DNA of 64,000 nucleotides. It comes from Tortispora ganteri (lineage: Eukaryota). The notes beneath the pieces were generated by a model. The model worked only from the letters and a program-made list of their open reading frames with translations. It did no database searches and was not told the DNA's origin. Every line of letters starts with the position of its first letter. Within the stretch, counting starts at the first letter, position 1. Where the stretch lies: the NCBI GenBank assembly GCA_003707115.1, contig PPNB01000010.1, forward strand, positions 1 through 64,000, in the 5' to 3' direction. Position numbers and translations under genes: made by a program. Positions 12,801 to 23,311 of the stretch are shown in pieces.

Positions 12801-13869
12801 TGTAATATTAACAGATTACGGTATGAGGAACAATATTAATATTGCCTCGCTAACACAACAGGAGATCCGTGACTTGATCCTTGGACAAGAGATTAGAGTC
12901 TCAGACATCAAGGAAGCGGAGATTGCGCAGATAGATGCTCAGCCAAACGAACAGAGTCAGGTAACAGCTGTCAAAACTGTCACACGGAACGTTCATGGAG
13001 ATGAGATTGAAGTTGTTACTACCAGCAGTTTTGGTCAACAAGCATTCAGTTCCAAGTCGGACTGGCGAAGCAAAGCTCTTGCAGCCACACGACTATTTAT
13101 GCGCGCTAAAGATGTATATGTGGCATCTGAAGATATTTCTGAAGCTTCCGAAGATAATCTTGCATATGTGATGCCGAAGAATCTGCTTGAAAGATTCATC
13201 AGAATTGCAGATACCCAGGTACAGATTGCAGGTTTCTTATATGGTCGATCTCCTCCCGATAATGATCAGGTTAAAGAGATCCACTGTATTGCTATGGTAC
13301 CGCAGATTGGTAATCAGCGTTCGGTGCGATTACCGAATAGTCTACCTGATGGACAAAGCGATTTTCTCGATACGCTTGAGCTGCTCGGTTGGATACACAC
13401 GCAGAGCCAAGATACAGGTATACTTTCTGCGATGGATATCACAGAGTATGCAGACATGTCAAAGAAATATGGAGATACCTGGGGACATAATAAAGTCACT
13501 ATCACTGCATCTTTTGTCCGTGGAGCAGTAAGTCTGGCAGCATATGGTATTTCTGAAGAAGGGATACAATGGGGTCTCGAGAATAAGGATACCAGCTCAA
13601 TAGAACCTGAAGGTTACAGGGAAGACTTCGCTAGACGCGAATACATGTTCCTCACTGACAGATTTATGGGATACTTTTTAGTTCCCGAGGCAGATACGTG
13701 GAATTGTTTATTTACCGGGGCTAACTGGGATCCGTCAGCTCTTTACGAGATGAAGGTTGACGTGCCATTAACGTTTTACGATGCTCAGCATCGTCCTCTA
13801 CATTTTTCGTCATTTTCGGAGATGAATGAAATTGAATTGGAGCCAAATAATGACGATGTATTTCTATAA
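6826..13869 (+). CDS. PRP8: U5 snRNP core protein Prp8 (intein-free allele)
   Basis: 2347 aa; [52 protein letters not shown] and C-terminal Jab1/MPN GWIHTQ. Confidence 0.99.
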   Translation: MDSKLPPAPPPPPAPSAALSSNGSTNVTNGNTKNSQLLVKKRKWLKIQKQKHIGTKRKRKVTYVHSNRLEMPAEHLRKIITDHGDMSSNRFSSDKRVYLGALKYMPHAVFKLLENMPQPWEEVKEVKALYHVSGAITFVNETPRVIPPVYTAQWAATWLMMRREKRDRKHFRRMRFPPFDDEEPPISWSENIQHLDLPEPIQLDLDEDEDKDVIDWLYDSRPLAEDSQYTNGPSYRKWNLTVPQLTTLHRLSTPLLPDINDPNYRLLFDENALFTAKALNVAIPGGPKFEPLYKDTHSMDEDYGEFNSIDRIIFRQQIRTEYRVFYPHLYNSLPRSVKLVWHSYPLSVTIKQPDPELPAFIFDSALSIINFDELTVNSSRSDILEFDEPKVNIKPLLSDYDYTDDYVSSAIDLFNSNYPFNSRSGKTSRAEDVPLIKNWYLNHPPPGYPVKVRVSYQKLLKTHVLNFLHKQPPVNQRKENLLKNLRGTKFFQQTTIDWVEAGLQLCRQGHNMLNLLIHRKGLTYLHLDYNFNLKPTKTLTTKERKRSRFGHAFHLMRELLRLTKLIVDCHVQYRLGNIDAYQLADGLHYIFNHVGQLTGIYRYKYRIMHQIRACKDLKHVIYYRFNANIGKGPGVGFWQPSWKIWLSLLRGTIPLLEQWLGNLLARQFEGRNSKGVAKTITKQRVESYYDLELRASVMNDILDMIPEGIRQNKAKTILQHLSEAWRCWKANIPWKVPGLPPPIESMILRYVKAKADTWISAAHFNRDRIKRGATIDRTAAKKNLGRLTRLWMKEEHERQSNYLKDGPYVSPEEGVAIYTAMVHWLESRRFSPIPFPPPSYKHDTKLLVLALESLREVINVDGLLNQADREELALIEQGYDNPHETLNRIKKLILTQRAFKEVSIEMADHYSYISPVYIIDPLEKLTDAYIDQYLWYEADKRNLFPNWVKPSDSEIAPLFVYKFCSAINNLEDVWDTSNGERNVFLQTELQKMAEKIDLTLLNRLLRLIIDPNIADYITAKTNVSLTYKDMSHVNSYGFIKGVRFAPFVLQYYGLMVDILLLGLNRASEIAGPPESPNQFGKFQNRDIEKSHPIRLYARYADKVFIFFRFDQEDSEELVQRFLQENPDSSFESVATYNNKRCWPRDLRMKLIRTDVNLGRAVFWQMKDRLPRSISTMEWDRSFASVYSIDNPNLLFSICGFEVRILPRCRVTGSMHVKDSAWGLVNDSSLDRTAYAFLRVSDEEIENFNNRIRTILMSSGSTTFAKVANRWNTALVALFTYFREAIISTESLLDVLVKCETKIQTRVKIGLNSKMPSRFPPAVFYTPKELGGLGMLSASHILIPISDLRWSKQTDTGITHFRSGMSHEENNVIPNLFRYITPWDAEFGESKRIWADYAMKRREAMEENRRLTMDDLSDSWDRGVPRINTLFQKDRQTLAYDKGHRLRLEFRKYTTTRSIPFWWTSNRHDGKLWNLNAYRTDVIQALGGIETILEHTLFRATGFPNWEGLFWEKASGYEESMKFKKLTNAQRSGLNQIPNRRFTLWWSPTINRANVYVGFLVQLDLTGIFLHGKIPTLKISLIQIFRAHLWQKIHESVVFDICQVLDQELEALQIESVQKETIHPRKSYKMNSSCADITLNAAYNWNMSKPSLLTDSNDNMSFTSGQKYWIDVQLRYGDFDSHDISRYTRAKFLDYTSDSMSIYPSPTGLMVGIDLAYNIYDAYGNWFPGMKPLMQQAMSKIMRSNPALYVLRERIRKGLQLYSAEPQESVLTSQNYAELFSNKVQLFIDDSNVYRVIAHKTIEGNITTKPINGCVFVLNPKTGQLFLKIMHTSVWAGQKRLGQLAKWKTAEEVATLIRSLPPEEQPNQVIATRNSMIDPLEVHLLDFPNVSIRSSQLQLPFQYIMKVEKLADLVLQATESKMVLFRLYDDWLETISPYTAFSRLILILRALQVNSEKAKVILRPDLTVITKENHIWPSFTDEQWIDVEVQLRDVILTDYGMRNNINIASLTQQEIRDLILGQEIRVSDIKEAEIAQIDAQPNEQSQVTAVKTVTRNVHGDEIEVVTTSSFGQQAFSSKSDWRSKALAATRLFMRAKDVYVASEDISEASEDNLAYVMPKNLLERFIRIADTQVQIAGFLYGRSPPDNDQVKEIHCIAMVPQIGNQRSVRLPNSLPDGQSDFLDTLELLGWIHTQSQDTGILSAMDITEYADMSKKYGDTWGHNKVTITASFVRGAVSLAAYGISEEGIQWGLENKDTSSIEPEGYREDFARREYMFLTDRFMGYFLVPEADTWNCLFTGANWDPSALYEMKVDVPLTFYDAQHRPLHFSSFSEMNEIELEPNNDDVFL

Positions 13870-13887
13870 TTACGAATGAACGAGCTC

Positions 13888-13903
13888 ATATATATATATA
13901 TAT
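13888..13903. repeat. (AT)n microsatellite in PRP8 3' region, possibly a 3'-end efficiency element
   Basis: Run of about 8 AT units directly after the PRP8 stop codon. Confidence 0.6.
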
Positions 13904-14067
13904 AAGTATAAGAATGTACACAATCGTAGGACGTACCACTCACTATATTCTTGAATAAAGAAGTAAAAAATAAAGCTAGTTACCATGACAACACAATACT
14001 GTTGCTTCTTATTGTGGTGAACAAGTTTCGGCGTGACTTTTTCCTACCTACACCACAATTCGTAGAG

Positions 14068-14339
14068 GTAAGTTATTTCGGCGTAACGGCAAGAGGTCAG
14101 CAGGATAATTAGGTCTCGAATGAATATATTTTGTGTGAAATAATGAAAGCATTTAGTTGCTGCAATACTTAACTGCCTGAACGTTGTATTGTAACGGGAG
14201 GGAAGTCCACTTGCGAAGTAAGGGGAGACATTTTGCACTAATCCTGATTGGCTCTTGTCGACAAATCAAGCCAACCAACTTGTATTGATGGCTGACTCGG
14301 CGTTGCTTAGAAATGAAGGAGAACTACTAACACTGATAG
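14068..14339 (+). other. Candidate 5'-UTR intron of COX4 (272 nt)
   Basis: GTAAGT at 14068, TACTAAC at 14325-14331, TAG ending at 14339, 74 nt before the ATG. Confidence 0.45.
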
Positions 14340-14413
14340 AATATTCATTTTTTGAATTTTATTTCTATTTCTATTTTTCCCCTGAGAATTAAGATTCAGA
14401 TTGTATTTGAAAG

Positions 14414-14899
14414 ATGCTTGCTTCAAGAATTATTCGACCATCGGCATTGAGAGTTGCTACCAGATCATTTAGTGGTTCTGTTTTAAGAGCTGAAGCTGCT
14501 AAGAAGTCATCTACACCGGCCAAGATCTCTATGAGCATTGCTGATGTTGATGGACCTGAGTCTCTTTTTGGACCCGGAGGTAAGGACGGACAGATTGCTA
14601 CTGACTTCGAGCAAGCTACAGGTTTGGAACGTCTGGAACTTCTTGGCAAACTTGAAGGTATTGATTTGTTTGACCAACGCCCTCTTGATGCTTCCCGCAA
14701 AGGTACTTTGGCCGACCCTATTGTCGTGGATTCTTTCGATCCTGTGCGATATGTTGGCTGCACTGGAAGCCCCGCTGGATCTCACGAAACCATCTGGACT
14801 GCTTTAGAACGTGAACGCGTCGCTCGTTGCTGGGAATGTGGTTCAGTCTATAAAATGAGATTTATTGGTTTGGAGGATGATGGCCATGGACATCATTAA
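14414..14899 (+). CDS. COX4: Cytochrome c oxidase subunit IV (Vb family)
   Basis: Mitochondrial presequence, EQATGLERLELL, zinc ligands VGCTG..H..RCWECG. Confidence 0.96.
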   Translation: MLASRIIRPSALRVATRSFSGSVLRAEAAKKSSTPAKISMSIADVDGPESLFGPGGKDGQIATDFEQATGLERLELLGKLEGIDLFDQRPLDASRKGTLADPIVVDSFDPVRYVGCTGSPAGSHETIWTALERERVARCWECGSVYKMRFIGLEDDGHGHH

Positions 14900-15099
14900 A
14901 TAAGCAAACGGGTTAAAAGCAACTAGGGCTGAACATTTTAGAATAGTTGTTGTGTATCAAGAAGGGTTATTGTGCCATTTAGTTATTGCTAAATGGCTAG
15001 CGCTCTATGCTTTTCTGTTTCATACTTAGAACTAAATTCAATAACATACTACCAGATAAGAGTAGCTAAAATTAGTCTTATATTTGTTTATAGTTGCAG

Positions 15100-15489
15100 C
15101 TAATCAGCCATTTCATTAGCTAAATCTAAGATCAGATTATCTATTTGTGATTTTAGTGAATTCTGTCTTTTTAGTGCTTCATTTTGTTCCTCCGAAGCAA
15201 TTTTAATCTCTTCATTCAGTTGCTTTATACGTTCGATTTGCTCAGTTTCAGAAACTCCAAGACCCGGAAGCCTTTGAATTAGCAGGTCAATCTGTTTAAA
15301 TTTAACGACTAAATCTGCAGCCAGCTCTTTCTGTACCGCTTCTATATCGATGTTTCCATTCTCAGAGTTCATCGGCACTTGCCCTTCAATTGGCTCATTG
15401 CCATGATGTGCATCTATAAAACCAATAGCAGAGTAAAATTGGGTAGCCAGCTGATCCAAAGCGTCTTGGAGCTGCGTTAGCCGATCCAT
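15100..15489 (-). CDS. SRB7: Mediator subunit Med21
   Basis: MDRLTQLQDALDQL and QIDLLIQRLPG motifs. Confidence 0.93.
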   Translation of the reverse strand: MDRLTQLQDALDQLATQFYSAIGFIDAHHGNEPIEGQVPMNSENGNIDIEAVQKELAADLVVKFKQIDLLIQRLPGLGVSETEQIERIKQLNEEIKIASEEQNEALKRQNSLKSQIDNLILDLANEMAD

Positions 15490-15992
15490 TAAACCTGTCG
15501 CTTTCCATGATCAGAAGCACCTCCATCAGGAACTGTATTTAGCTTAACCCTTAACCCTTTAATGACAATTATGGGCGGTTGCGATCCCGCGCATTAACGA
15601 TTACAAATGGTCTCTGAAGCGCGAATCACACATTATAAATATATGGTCTTGGACTAAGTCAAAGATTTTAAGTTTCTTAAACGAGTTTAGATATATATAT
15701 TTAAAGACTTTTGTTGCGCGGTTAAAGGACCCTCCTGCTTTTTGCACATTGCTGTAATATTGATGCTTTACCTTATTGGGAAGCTGTTTTGGTGTGTAAT
15801 AGAAACGCCAAGAATAGCAACTACCCCTCGACCTCTACTCCTTTTTCTTTCGCTTTTATATATTTGATATTCGCTTTCAACTAGCACATAAAAGAATTCC
15901 GCATATACATATTAGTTATTTTTGGCTAAATACTGTCTTTCGTTTTGACTGCGTAATACGACGATCTTTCCTCTTTTTGTATTTGCGAGAAC

Positions 15993-17255
15993 ATGTATAT
16001 CACTTTACTCTTTGCTCTCGCAGGGGCAGTGTCCGCTGTTTCTTGCGACTCTAACAACAAATGTCCCGAAGACAAACCGTGCTGTTCGCAGTATGGTGAA
16101 TGTGGCGTAGGTGCCTACTGCCTAGCGGGTTGCGATCCTATATCATCCTTCGACTTGCAAGCATGCGTTCCGCAACCCGTCTGCAAGAATGTGAAAACTA
16201 CTTTTGACAACCTCGATCTTCTCGCCTCCGCATCTACGTATCTTGGAAACGCTTCGCAATACGACTGGATATACGATGGAACGCCTTTGGTGTACGGTGA
16301 CGATATGCTACTTGCTATGCCGAACAACTCTGTGGGCACTGTCATTTCGTCTACCCACTACATGTGGTATGGTAATGTTAAAGCAACACTGAAAACTTCT
16401 CGCGATCAAGGAGTGGTCACTGCGTTTATTTTATTTTCTGGCGTAAAGGATGAGATTGATTATGAGTTTGTTGGTGCTGACCTCGAAACAGCACAGACTA
16501 ACTACTATTTCCAGGGTATCCTTAATTGGACCAACTCACTGAATATCTCCACTACCGATACCTTTTCCAACTTCCATACTTATGAGTTTGATTGGACGGA
16601 AGACCGTATAGAATGGCGCCTTGATGGAAAAACTTACAGAACTCTGAACAAGGCTGATACTTATAACTCCACAGATGATATTTACATGTACCCCCAGACC
16701 CCTGCCAGAATCCAGCTGTCGATCTGGCCTGGTGGTTTAAGCACAAACGCCCCAGGCACAATAGAATGGGCTGGCGGAGAAATCAACTGGAACAGTCAGG
16801 ATATGCAAGAGTACGGCTATTATTATGCTACATTATCGGATGTCGAAATTACTTGTTACGATGTGCCAAGCGGAACCAAATCAAACGGGTCTACGTCTTA
16901 CATATATCTGTCAGACAGTGGACTTCAAGAAGATGTCATGATCACTGATCTGAATACTATACTTGGATCGTGGGATGCTACTGGTGATGATATGAAAGAA
17001 GATCTTCTTTCGCAAAGCATATCTCAAACTACTGGAGAAGTTCCGACCGGTTTGAACGGCGGTAACATTGCAACTGCCGGCACACATAGCTCTGGAAGTT
17101 CATCCACTTCCTCAAATCCTTCAGCTACAGGATTTGTACAAGATACTGATAGCAATTCGAGCAGCTCATCTAGCGCGTTTGCCTTTAAAAGTACTCTTCC
17201 ATCACGCGCACTTATGGCTGCCATTATAGTGCCTCTGGTAGCCTTCGTCATATAA
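15993..17255 (+). CDS. UTR2: GPI-anchored GH16 chitin transglycosylase (Crh2/Utr2)
   Basis: Signal peptide, chitin-binding CPEDKPCCSQYGECG, catalytic DEIDYE, Ser-rich stalk, hydrophobic GPI tail. Confidence 0.92.
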   Translation: MYITLLFALAGAVSAVSCDSNNKCPEDKPCCSQYGECGVGAYCLAGCDPISSFDLQACVPQPVCKNVKTTFDNLDLLASASTYLGNASQYDWIYDGTPLVYGDDMLLAMPNNSVGTVISSTHYMWYGNVKATLKTSRDQGVVTAFILFSGVKDEIDYEFVGADLETAQTNYYFQGILNWTNSLNISTTDTFSNFHTYEFDWTEDRIEWRLDGKTYRTLNKADTYNSTDDIYMYPQTPARIQLSIWPGGLSTNAPGTIEWAGGEINWNSQDMQEYGYYYATLSDVEITCYDVPSGTKSNGSTSYIYLSDSGLQEDVMITDLNTILGSWDATGDDMKEDLLSQSISQTTGEVPTGLNGGNIATAGTHSSGSSSTSSNPSATGFVQDTDSNSSSSSSAFAFKSTLPSRALMAAIIVPLVAFVI

Positions 17256-17393
17256 CGAGTATGACTCGTACTTCTTTTTCCGATAGCCAATGATGATGCG
17301 ATCTAGTTTTCATATTATGATATTTCATGCTCATTCTTGGTTTCGGTTTATACTTCATTTATTATATATCACGAGATGCATTAATATTAATTT

Positions 17394-17996
17394 TCATGTT
17401 TCCAGAGTATCGGGTAGAAACAACAATGCACTAACTGTTCCAGGTCTTTCTGTACCTAATAGCTCGTAATTGTCAATTGCCACTAGTGTAGATGATACTT
17501 CTGTTTGCACGCCTAGATTAGAAAAGAAATCTCTAGTTTTAGGGCCAATAAACCGCGATCTATTGCCTAAACCAATACATAAGATTTCTGGCTTAGGCTC
17601 GACCATTTCGAAGATCTTCAAAGATGAAGGCGGGAATTCAATTATTCCAGTTTTAAGTCCTCTCAAATTAGATTTGCCATTATTATTTAGTTTCCAGCCA
17701 AAAGCCTGTTCACCACCAAAAATCAAGCAAGCTATGTCCATGTCTTTCGTGATCTTTTCGCCGGTAGAGAGCTGGATGGTATCGTTAGAGAATCCAGATA
17801 TCTGTACTTTTGGTCGAGGTAAATCAGACATCACATCGAAATCACTTAAACCATTTTCGCGCTGTTTAGTTACTTTGTCAATGTCTGCCTGTTCAATTGA
17901 TCTATCCTTTGATGCCATCATAGAACTATGAATAAATCGAGGCCGCAAATACATGTTTGGTCGCATATATGCCCGCCTGATACTGGTTCTAATCAT
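17394..17996 (-). CDS. NDUFAF3-like (DUF498/Mth938) complex I assembly factor
   Basis: Presequence; PKPEILCIGLG and STLVAIDNYELLGTERPGTVSALL match the Mth938-like fold. Confidence 0.8.
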   Translation of the reverse strand: MIRTSIRRAYMRPNMYLRPRFIHSSMMASKDRSIEQADIDKVTKQRENGLSDFDVMSDLPRPKVQISGFSNDTIQLSTGEKITKDMDIACLIFGGEQAFGWKLNNNGKSNLRGLKTGIIEFPPSSLKIFEMVEPKPEILCIGLGNRSRFIGPKTRDFFSNLGVQTEVSSTLVAIDNYELLGTERPGTVSALLFLPDTLET

Positions 17997-18131
17997 GGTT
18001 CTTAAGAGCGCAACTAAAATGATAGAAAACTGTAAGATTTAGACGTAAAAGTAGAAATTAACTAATAGGACTAAGGTAAGCGCCGCTAATATATAATTGA
18101 TTATAATATACAACCAGTTAGAGTTAAAAAT

Positions 18132-18139
18132 AAAAAAAA
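18132..18139 (-). terminator. RNA polymerase III poly-T terminator of tRNA-His
   Basis: Run of 8 T on the minus strand 3 nt after the tRNA 3' end. Confidence 0.8.
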
Positions 18140-18142
18140 CGT

Positions 18143-18214
18143 TGCCGTTGCCCAGAATCGAACTGAGGTCTCTTCGGCCACAACGAAGTGTACTGACCAC
18201 TATACTACAACGGC
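18143..18214 (-). tRNA. tRNA-His (GTG), intronless
   Basis: GCCGTTG/CAACGGC acceptor stem, anticodon arm CTTCG-TTGTGGC-CGAAG, T-loop GTTCGATTC, downstream poly-T. Confidence 0.97.
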
Positions 18215-18349
18215 TCGAATTAAAAAAGGTAATTACAAGTATCTGAGGTGAAAGTAGCTAACGAGCATCTCTAATAGATATTTAATACCCACAATGTCAC
18301 AGCTTCTACGCATAATGAACATTCAATTATTACCTATCATGAACAATTA

Positions 18350-20467
18350 TTAAGAGAAATGATCAACAACTGATTTGAAGGCATAACACAATGCCGCCTG
18401 CATTCTTGCATCGCAGGCTATAATTGTTATAGCAACTATTTCCGATGCGCTGAATTGTTCAATAAGAGAAATAGGTTTCTTTGAAGTAAATGAATTAATA
18501 CTTTTCAAGAATGAACGCAAATCATCATGAAGTTTAGCTTGACAAACGTGATATGAATAGTCATCATTTAAAACTCCACATCTTCTTTGACTATAAGACC
18601 AAATAGCATCACTAAAGTCTCTATTGAGTTTTCCAGAGTCTGCTCTGACACTCATATTCGGCTGACTGTGGACACCCATTGGGATGCGCGAATAGAGGTC
18701 ATCATGATCGAACTTGTCGCCAAAAACCGGGTCATCAACCAATTCAGGAGAATGAATAGATCCTGATCCTTGCAATAAACTTTCATCTATCGATTTCGAT
18801 TCAGACAAAAAAGGGGGTTCAGACGGCGAATTCCTGCCAATCTTCAAAGCTTCAGTCATTCTATGATCAAGAGCTCGCCCAATCGATTCAATATAACTCG
18901 ACACCAGACTTTCACCATCTCTTTCCCAGTTATAATCGGTTGACCGCAACAGTTCTGGAGCTTCAGGATCCTTGTCGTAAGATATGTATGGCAATTGATC
19001 TTCTATGTCAATGAACTTTGCGAAAGACGGATCTGTTGGTTTGCAGGTGACTTTACCATCTTCTGTACTTTTAGAGGCATCAGAGAGCGACAATATGCTA
19101 GTACGTCTCAATTTTGGTTCAAAAAACCGACCACTTGATCGACCGAGACTGCATGCAGTAGTCCAGTCGTCTATTGAACCTGCAGTAGAAACGGAGATAT
19201 AGGATGCCGACAAACAAGAGATATCGTCATCGTTCGACTCCAGAGATTTGGATTCTGCAATACTCTTAATATCTATGCTGAAAGAAGGAATTGGTCCTTC
19301 CAGTAGACTTGAGTTTCTGCGTCTCAATGTGTAAGGCGACGTGCCCTGAGCTAGTAGTGATACAGAGTCGTGCGGTATTAGGCTTTGCGATTCAGAAAAT
19401 TCGGAAGAATGTTGCTGTTTAAGAAGATTAGCTACCGAAAGTGGTGAAATTGCAGTGAACTCAGGTATTAGTCCTAGTGTATTTGCCATGGTGGAGCTGC
19501 TATGAAAAGCAGCAAAGATCGAGATCATTTGGATAACTTCAGATATAGACCAGGGACTACTTCCAGGGCTAGTGTTAGAACATAACTCACGTATATGAGA
19601 GGCAGAAAGTACCCATGGTCTGTGAGCCAGCAATTTGTTGATTTTCTTTAGTTTCTGAAGTTTCTGCGGGGCATGGTCTAGGCCATTCAGCCATTTCGGG
19701 TCGCCACCTGCTGAAAGGAAATCGCGTATTGTCTGAGAAAGCATGTATGGGGACCGACACTCTGCAGCAGCCATTATTGCGAGGTAGGTACGGTATGATC
19801 TTGGCAAAGGGCCGTTATGATCGACGACCACGAGATCCCAGCTGCAATTGTTGAATGCCTCCAGATAAGCTGGATGGAAAGCAAGTAACCTGTCGAAATG
19901 CGTGAGACGGTGAAATTTGATAAATATTTCTGTGAATATATCCTCTATAAATGGGGAAGGGGCGGGTATATGGTGGTCAATACAGTAGCCAAGATAGGCC
20001 GATCTGGAGGTCAGGGAATCAGAAGAGACGGTTTTAGGGGCCATGCTTTTCAAAGGCGATTTCTTGATAAACGAATCACAAGGGAAACCTATGCATTTGT
20101 TGATTGGCAGAAACATACTGGGAGCGTAAGAAACGAGTCTAGGGAGTACTATGCCCATATACTCGCAGCGGTTGAGAGTGCAATAGAGCGAAGAGCGTAT
20201 ATCTAAAAATGGAGCATTCACCTCTAGTCTCATGAGGATTATAAGGAGTTGTTCAAGGATATGAGGCAGTGAGTCATTGTATTCTTCCGGTGATCTGTCT
20301 AAATCCAATACAGAGTATCTTTCATTGTCTAGATCACACGAATTCGAAAATGTTTGGATGTAATCTGTGCACATGGTCCCTACGGCCTTATCAACGTTGA
20401 CGAGGGCAGCGGATCTTATGGCCCGATTTGGACTGAACAAGTCGTTTACCAGCAATGGCAGGTCCAT
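18350..20467 (-). CDS. Sestrin (PA26 family) homologue
   Basis: HPAYL..F, GPLP..YR.YLAIMAAA, FL..GGDP.WL.GL..AP.KL..L..INKLLAHRPW, WS.SE, DYNWE..G.SL, AIWSY..G..NDDY.Y, F..SE.V and ARMQAAL.YA all align with metazoan sestrins. Confidence 0.93.
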   Translation of the reverse strand: MDLPLLVNDLFSPNRAIRSAALVNVDKAVGTMCTDYIQTFSNSCDLDNERYSVLDLDRSPEEYNDSLPHILEQLLIILMRLEVNAPFLDIRSSLYCTLNRCEYMGIVLPRLVSYAPSMFLPINKCIGFPCDSFIKKSPLKSMAPKTVSSDSLTSRSAYLGYCIDHHIPAPSPFIEDIFTEIFIKFHRLTHFDRLLAFHPAYLEAFNNCSWDLVVVDHNGPLPRSYRTYLAIMAAAECRSPYMLSQTIRDFLSAGGDPKWLNGLDHAPQKLQKLKKINKLLAHRPWVLSASHIRELCSNTSPGSSPWSISEVIQMISIFAAFHSSSTMANTLGLIPEFTAISPLSVANLLKQQHSSEFSESQSLIPHDSVSLLAQGTSPYTLRRRNSSLLEGPIPSFSIDIKSIAESKSLESNDDDISCLSASYISVSTAGSIDDWTTACSLGRSSGRFFEPKLRRTSILSLSDASKSTEDGKVTCKPTDPSFAKFIDIEDQLPYISYDKDPEAPELLRSTDYNWERDGESLVSSYIESIGRALDHRMTEALKIGRNSPSEPPFLSESKSIDESLLQGSGSIHSPELVDDPVFGDKFDHDDLYSRIPMGVHSQPNMSVRADSGKLNRDFSDAIWSYSQRRCGVLNDDYSYHVCQAKLHDDLRSFLKSINSFTSKKPISLIEQFSASEIVAITIIACDARMQAALCYAFKSVVDHFS

Positions 20468-21433
20468 TTATGCCATTAAATAGAGTAAAACTAATGAAAT
20501 ATTATGTCTCAGATTACTAAAATAGTAAACGAAGAGCAGCTTTCATGAAAAATAAAAGACAGTAAGAATAGAACCTGACCGGCCAATATTGTTTCGATAA
20601 CGTGAAAGGGCAAACTCTAACTGATATAAACTTTTATCAATATTTAGTTCAGGCGAACGAGGTGACCAATTTTGTATACAGCATTGCGATTTATTCACAG
20701 TTGCAGACAAATTTCTTCAAGTAAAATACAGACATTGGATTTGCTAGCGTGATTTTTGTTGTAGTGGCAATGCTAGTTGACAGTCAAGTGATCCAGTATG
20801 CGATTTAGTTGTTAATCGCTGGTTGAATTTTTTAAGATTGCGCGTAAACAATAATAGTCGATCATTGAATGTTCAACAAGACATCAATTTATACCTATAT
20901 CAAATATAGTTTTTATATGCTGCACAAGTAACCAGGAAAGTTAAATGCCAGCGATCCAACTCCAAGGCACGACTAAACTACTCTATTTGGCACCAGAGAT
21001 GATATAGGTAGTGGCAACTGTTAAGGTTTAGAGGAGTGTGTGAATGATCTGAGCCAAATAACACTTTATTGTTTACAGACTGATGTGAAAAGTCTAGTAA
21101 TAGGCTTGTTAAAAGTCAACATCTGATAAATAAAAGTAAATAAATAGAAATAAAGTATATATTGAATTTGCTTCCAAAACAGCAGCAGTAAAAGGGCATA
21201 GGGCGCGCGACCTTGCATCACTGAACCAAATTAACCTTTTCTTCAACTTACTTGAACCCTTTTCTTCTGTTTCTTCGGATAAATATAAACCTTTTGTCTT
21301 CTATTAGGATTTAAGGAAAATATAATTTTGAAGTAGCTTTCTGAATATTAACGCCACTTTTTTTATAATCTCTACGTATATTTGTCAATTGCTTGTTGTC
21401 CTCTTCCGAATTGGCTGAATTTCCTGTATAGCC

Positions 21434-23200
21434 ATGTCCAAGTTTGCGCGATCCGCAAAAACCGCTATACGCACGCTAAGCAGCTTTGCCCCAGGCCACG
21501 ATGTTCGCGGCAGATTGTCTGTCTCTAAGCCATTGCTCTGTAATGTCTCTGGAAAAACATTGCTGGATAACCCTGATTTCAATAAAGGATCAGCGTTCCC
21601 AGAGGATGAACGTGCTGAATTCGATCTGCACGGCCTTCTGCCCCTAGAGAAGCACTCTTTGGAAGTTCAAGTGCTGCGTGCATACTCTCAATTCCAGCGA
21701 AGACCTACTCCTCTGCACAAGAACACTTTCCTTACCTCTCTGAAGTACCAGAATACTGTCTTATACTACCGTCTGATACTTGACCATCTCAAAGAGATGA
21801 TGGGTATCATATACACTCCTACTCAAGGAGAATACATCGAGAACTACTCGCGCCTGTTCCGTAGACCAGACGGCTGTTTCTTGGACATCTATCACCCCGA
21901 GCTGATAGAAACAGCTCTTTCCAGATGGGGTGGGCCTGACGATATCGACTATATTGTCGTCTCAGACTCAGAAGGTATCCTTGGTATTGGTGATCAGGGT
22001 GTGGGCGGTATTGGTATTTGTACCGCAAAATTGGCGTTAGTCACGCTATGTGGCGGTCTACATCCTTCGCGTGCCCTTCCAGTCGTACTTGACACCGGCA
22101 CAAATAATGAGCGCTTGCTCAACGACCCGCTTTACCTTGGTCTGCGTCGACACAGAGTTCGTGGCCATAGGTACGATGACTTCGTTGACGCATTCATGAC
22201 TGCTGTCAAAAAGAAATTCCCTAATGCAATTGTGCACTTTGAAGACTTTGGACTTAATAATGCTTACCGCCTGTTGCACAAGTACGCTGACACTCACCCT
22301 TGTTTCAATGACGACATTCAAGGTACTGGAGCTGTAACTGCTGCCGCACTACTTGCTGCGCTGAAGGCCGAAAATAAACCACTAAATGAAGCTAGGATCG
22401 TCGTTTTTGGTGCTGGAAGCGGAGGCATGGGTGTTGTTCAGATGTTCTATGACGTTATGCTTAACAGTGGTGTTGATGCCTTGACTGCGAAGAAGAACAT
22501 CTACCTGGTAGATCGGCCAGGTCTGCTCACAAAATCTATGGGCGAAAAACTAACTCCTGCCCAAGCAATGTTTGCTGCTGACGATGATATTGTAACAGAT
22601 TTCGATTCTACGAACCTCACTGATATTATACGTCATATAAAACCACATGTGCTGATAGGCACCTCCACCAAAGCTGGCGCCTTCACCGAGGACGTCGTGC
22701 GTGAAATGACTAAACACGTCGATAAGCCTATTATTTTCCCTCTGAGCAATCCCACAAAGCTTTGTGAAGCAGTGCCTGCTGATGTCTTGGAATGGTCTGA
22801 CAACAAAGCGCTTGTAGCTACTGGCTCGCCCTTTGAGCCTGTCAATGGCCGTGTCATTGCTGAAAACAACAACTGTTTTGTTTTCCCAGGCATTGGATTT
22901 GGCAGCGTTCTAGCTAATGCTAGTAAAATCACACTCAATATGATTTTGGCAGCAGTGTATGCCCTTTCAGAGATGGCTCCTATCCTTTCGGATTCGCAAC
23001 ATGGTGCTCTGTTACCAGACGTCTCTGATATTAGGGAGGTATCAGCCGTGGTTGCCACTAACGTTCTACGTGCCGCGGTCGAAGATAAAGTTGCGCGAGT
23101 TGATCCTGAATCTATTCCTGAAACGTACGATGACTGTCTTGAGTGGGTCAGAGATCAGATGTGGAAACCTGAATATCGCAGACTCGAAAGAGTGTATTAA
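21434..23200 (+). CDS. MAE1: Mitochondrial malic enzyme
   Basis: ILGIGDQG, FEDF, FNDDIQGTG, GAGSGG, PLSNPT, ATGSPF motifs. Confidence 0.96.
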   Translation: MSKFARSAKTAIRTLSSFAPGHDVRGRLSVSKPLLCNVSGKTLLDNPDFNKGSAFPEDERAEFDLHGLLPLEKHSLEVQVLRAYSQFQRRPTPLHKNTFLTSLKYQNTVLYYRLILDHLKEMMGIIYTPTQGEYIENYSRLFRRPDGCFLDIYHPELIETALSRWGGPDDIDYIVVSDSEGILGIGDQGVGGIGICTAKLALVTLCGGLHPSRALPVVLDTGTNNERLLNDPLYLGLRRHRVRGHRYDDFVDAFMTAVKKKFPNAIVHFEDFGLNNAYRLLHKYADTHPCFNDDIQGTGAVTAAALLAALKAENKPLNEARIVVFGAGSGGMGVVQMFYDVMLNSGVDALTAKKNIYLVDRPGLLTKSMGEKLTPAQAMFAADDDIVTDFDSTNLTDIIRHIKPHVLIGTSTKAGAFTEDVVREMTKHVDKPIIFPLSNPTKLCEAVPADVLEWSDNKALVATGSPFEPVNGRVIAENNNCFVFPGIGFGSVLANASKITLNMILAAVYALSEMAPILSDSQHGALLPDVSDIREVSAVVATNVLRAAVEDKVARVDPESIPETYDDCLEWVRDQMWKPEYRRLERVY

Positions 23201-23311
23201 AGACCAATCAACTATTTATCTTTGCGACATACGTTATTTCATCAACAGATCTAATATTTATTGTAGTAACATAGACTAATCACTTTTGTAAGAGTAAAAA
23301 AATTTTTAAAT

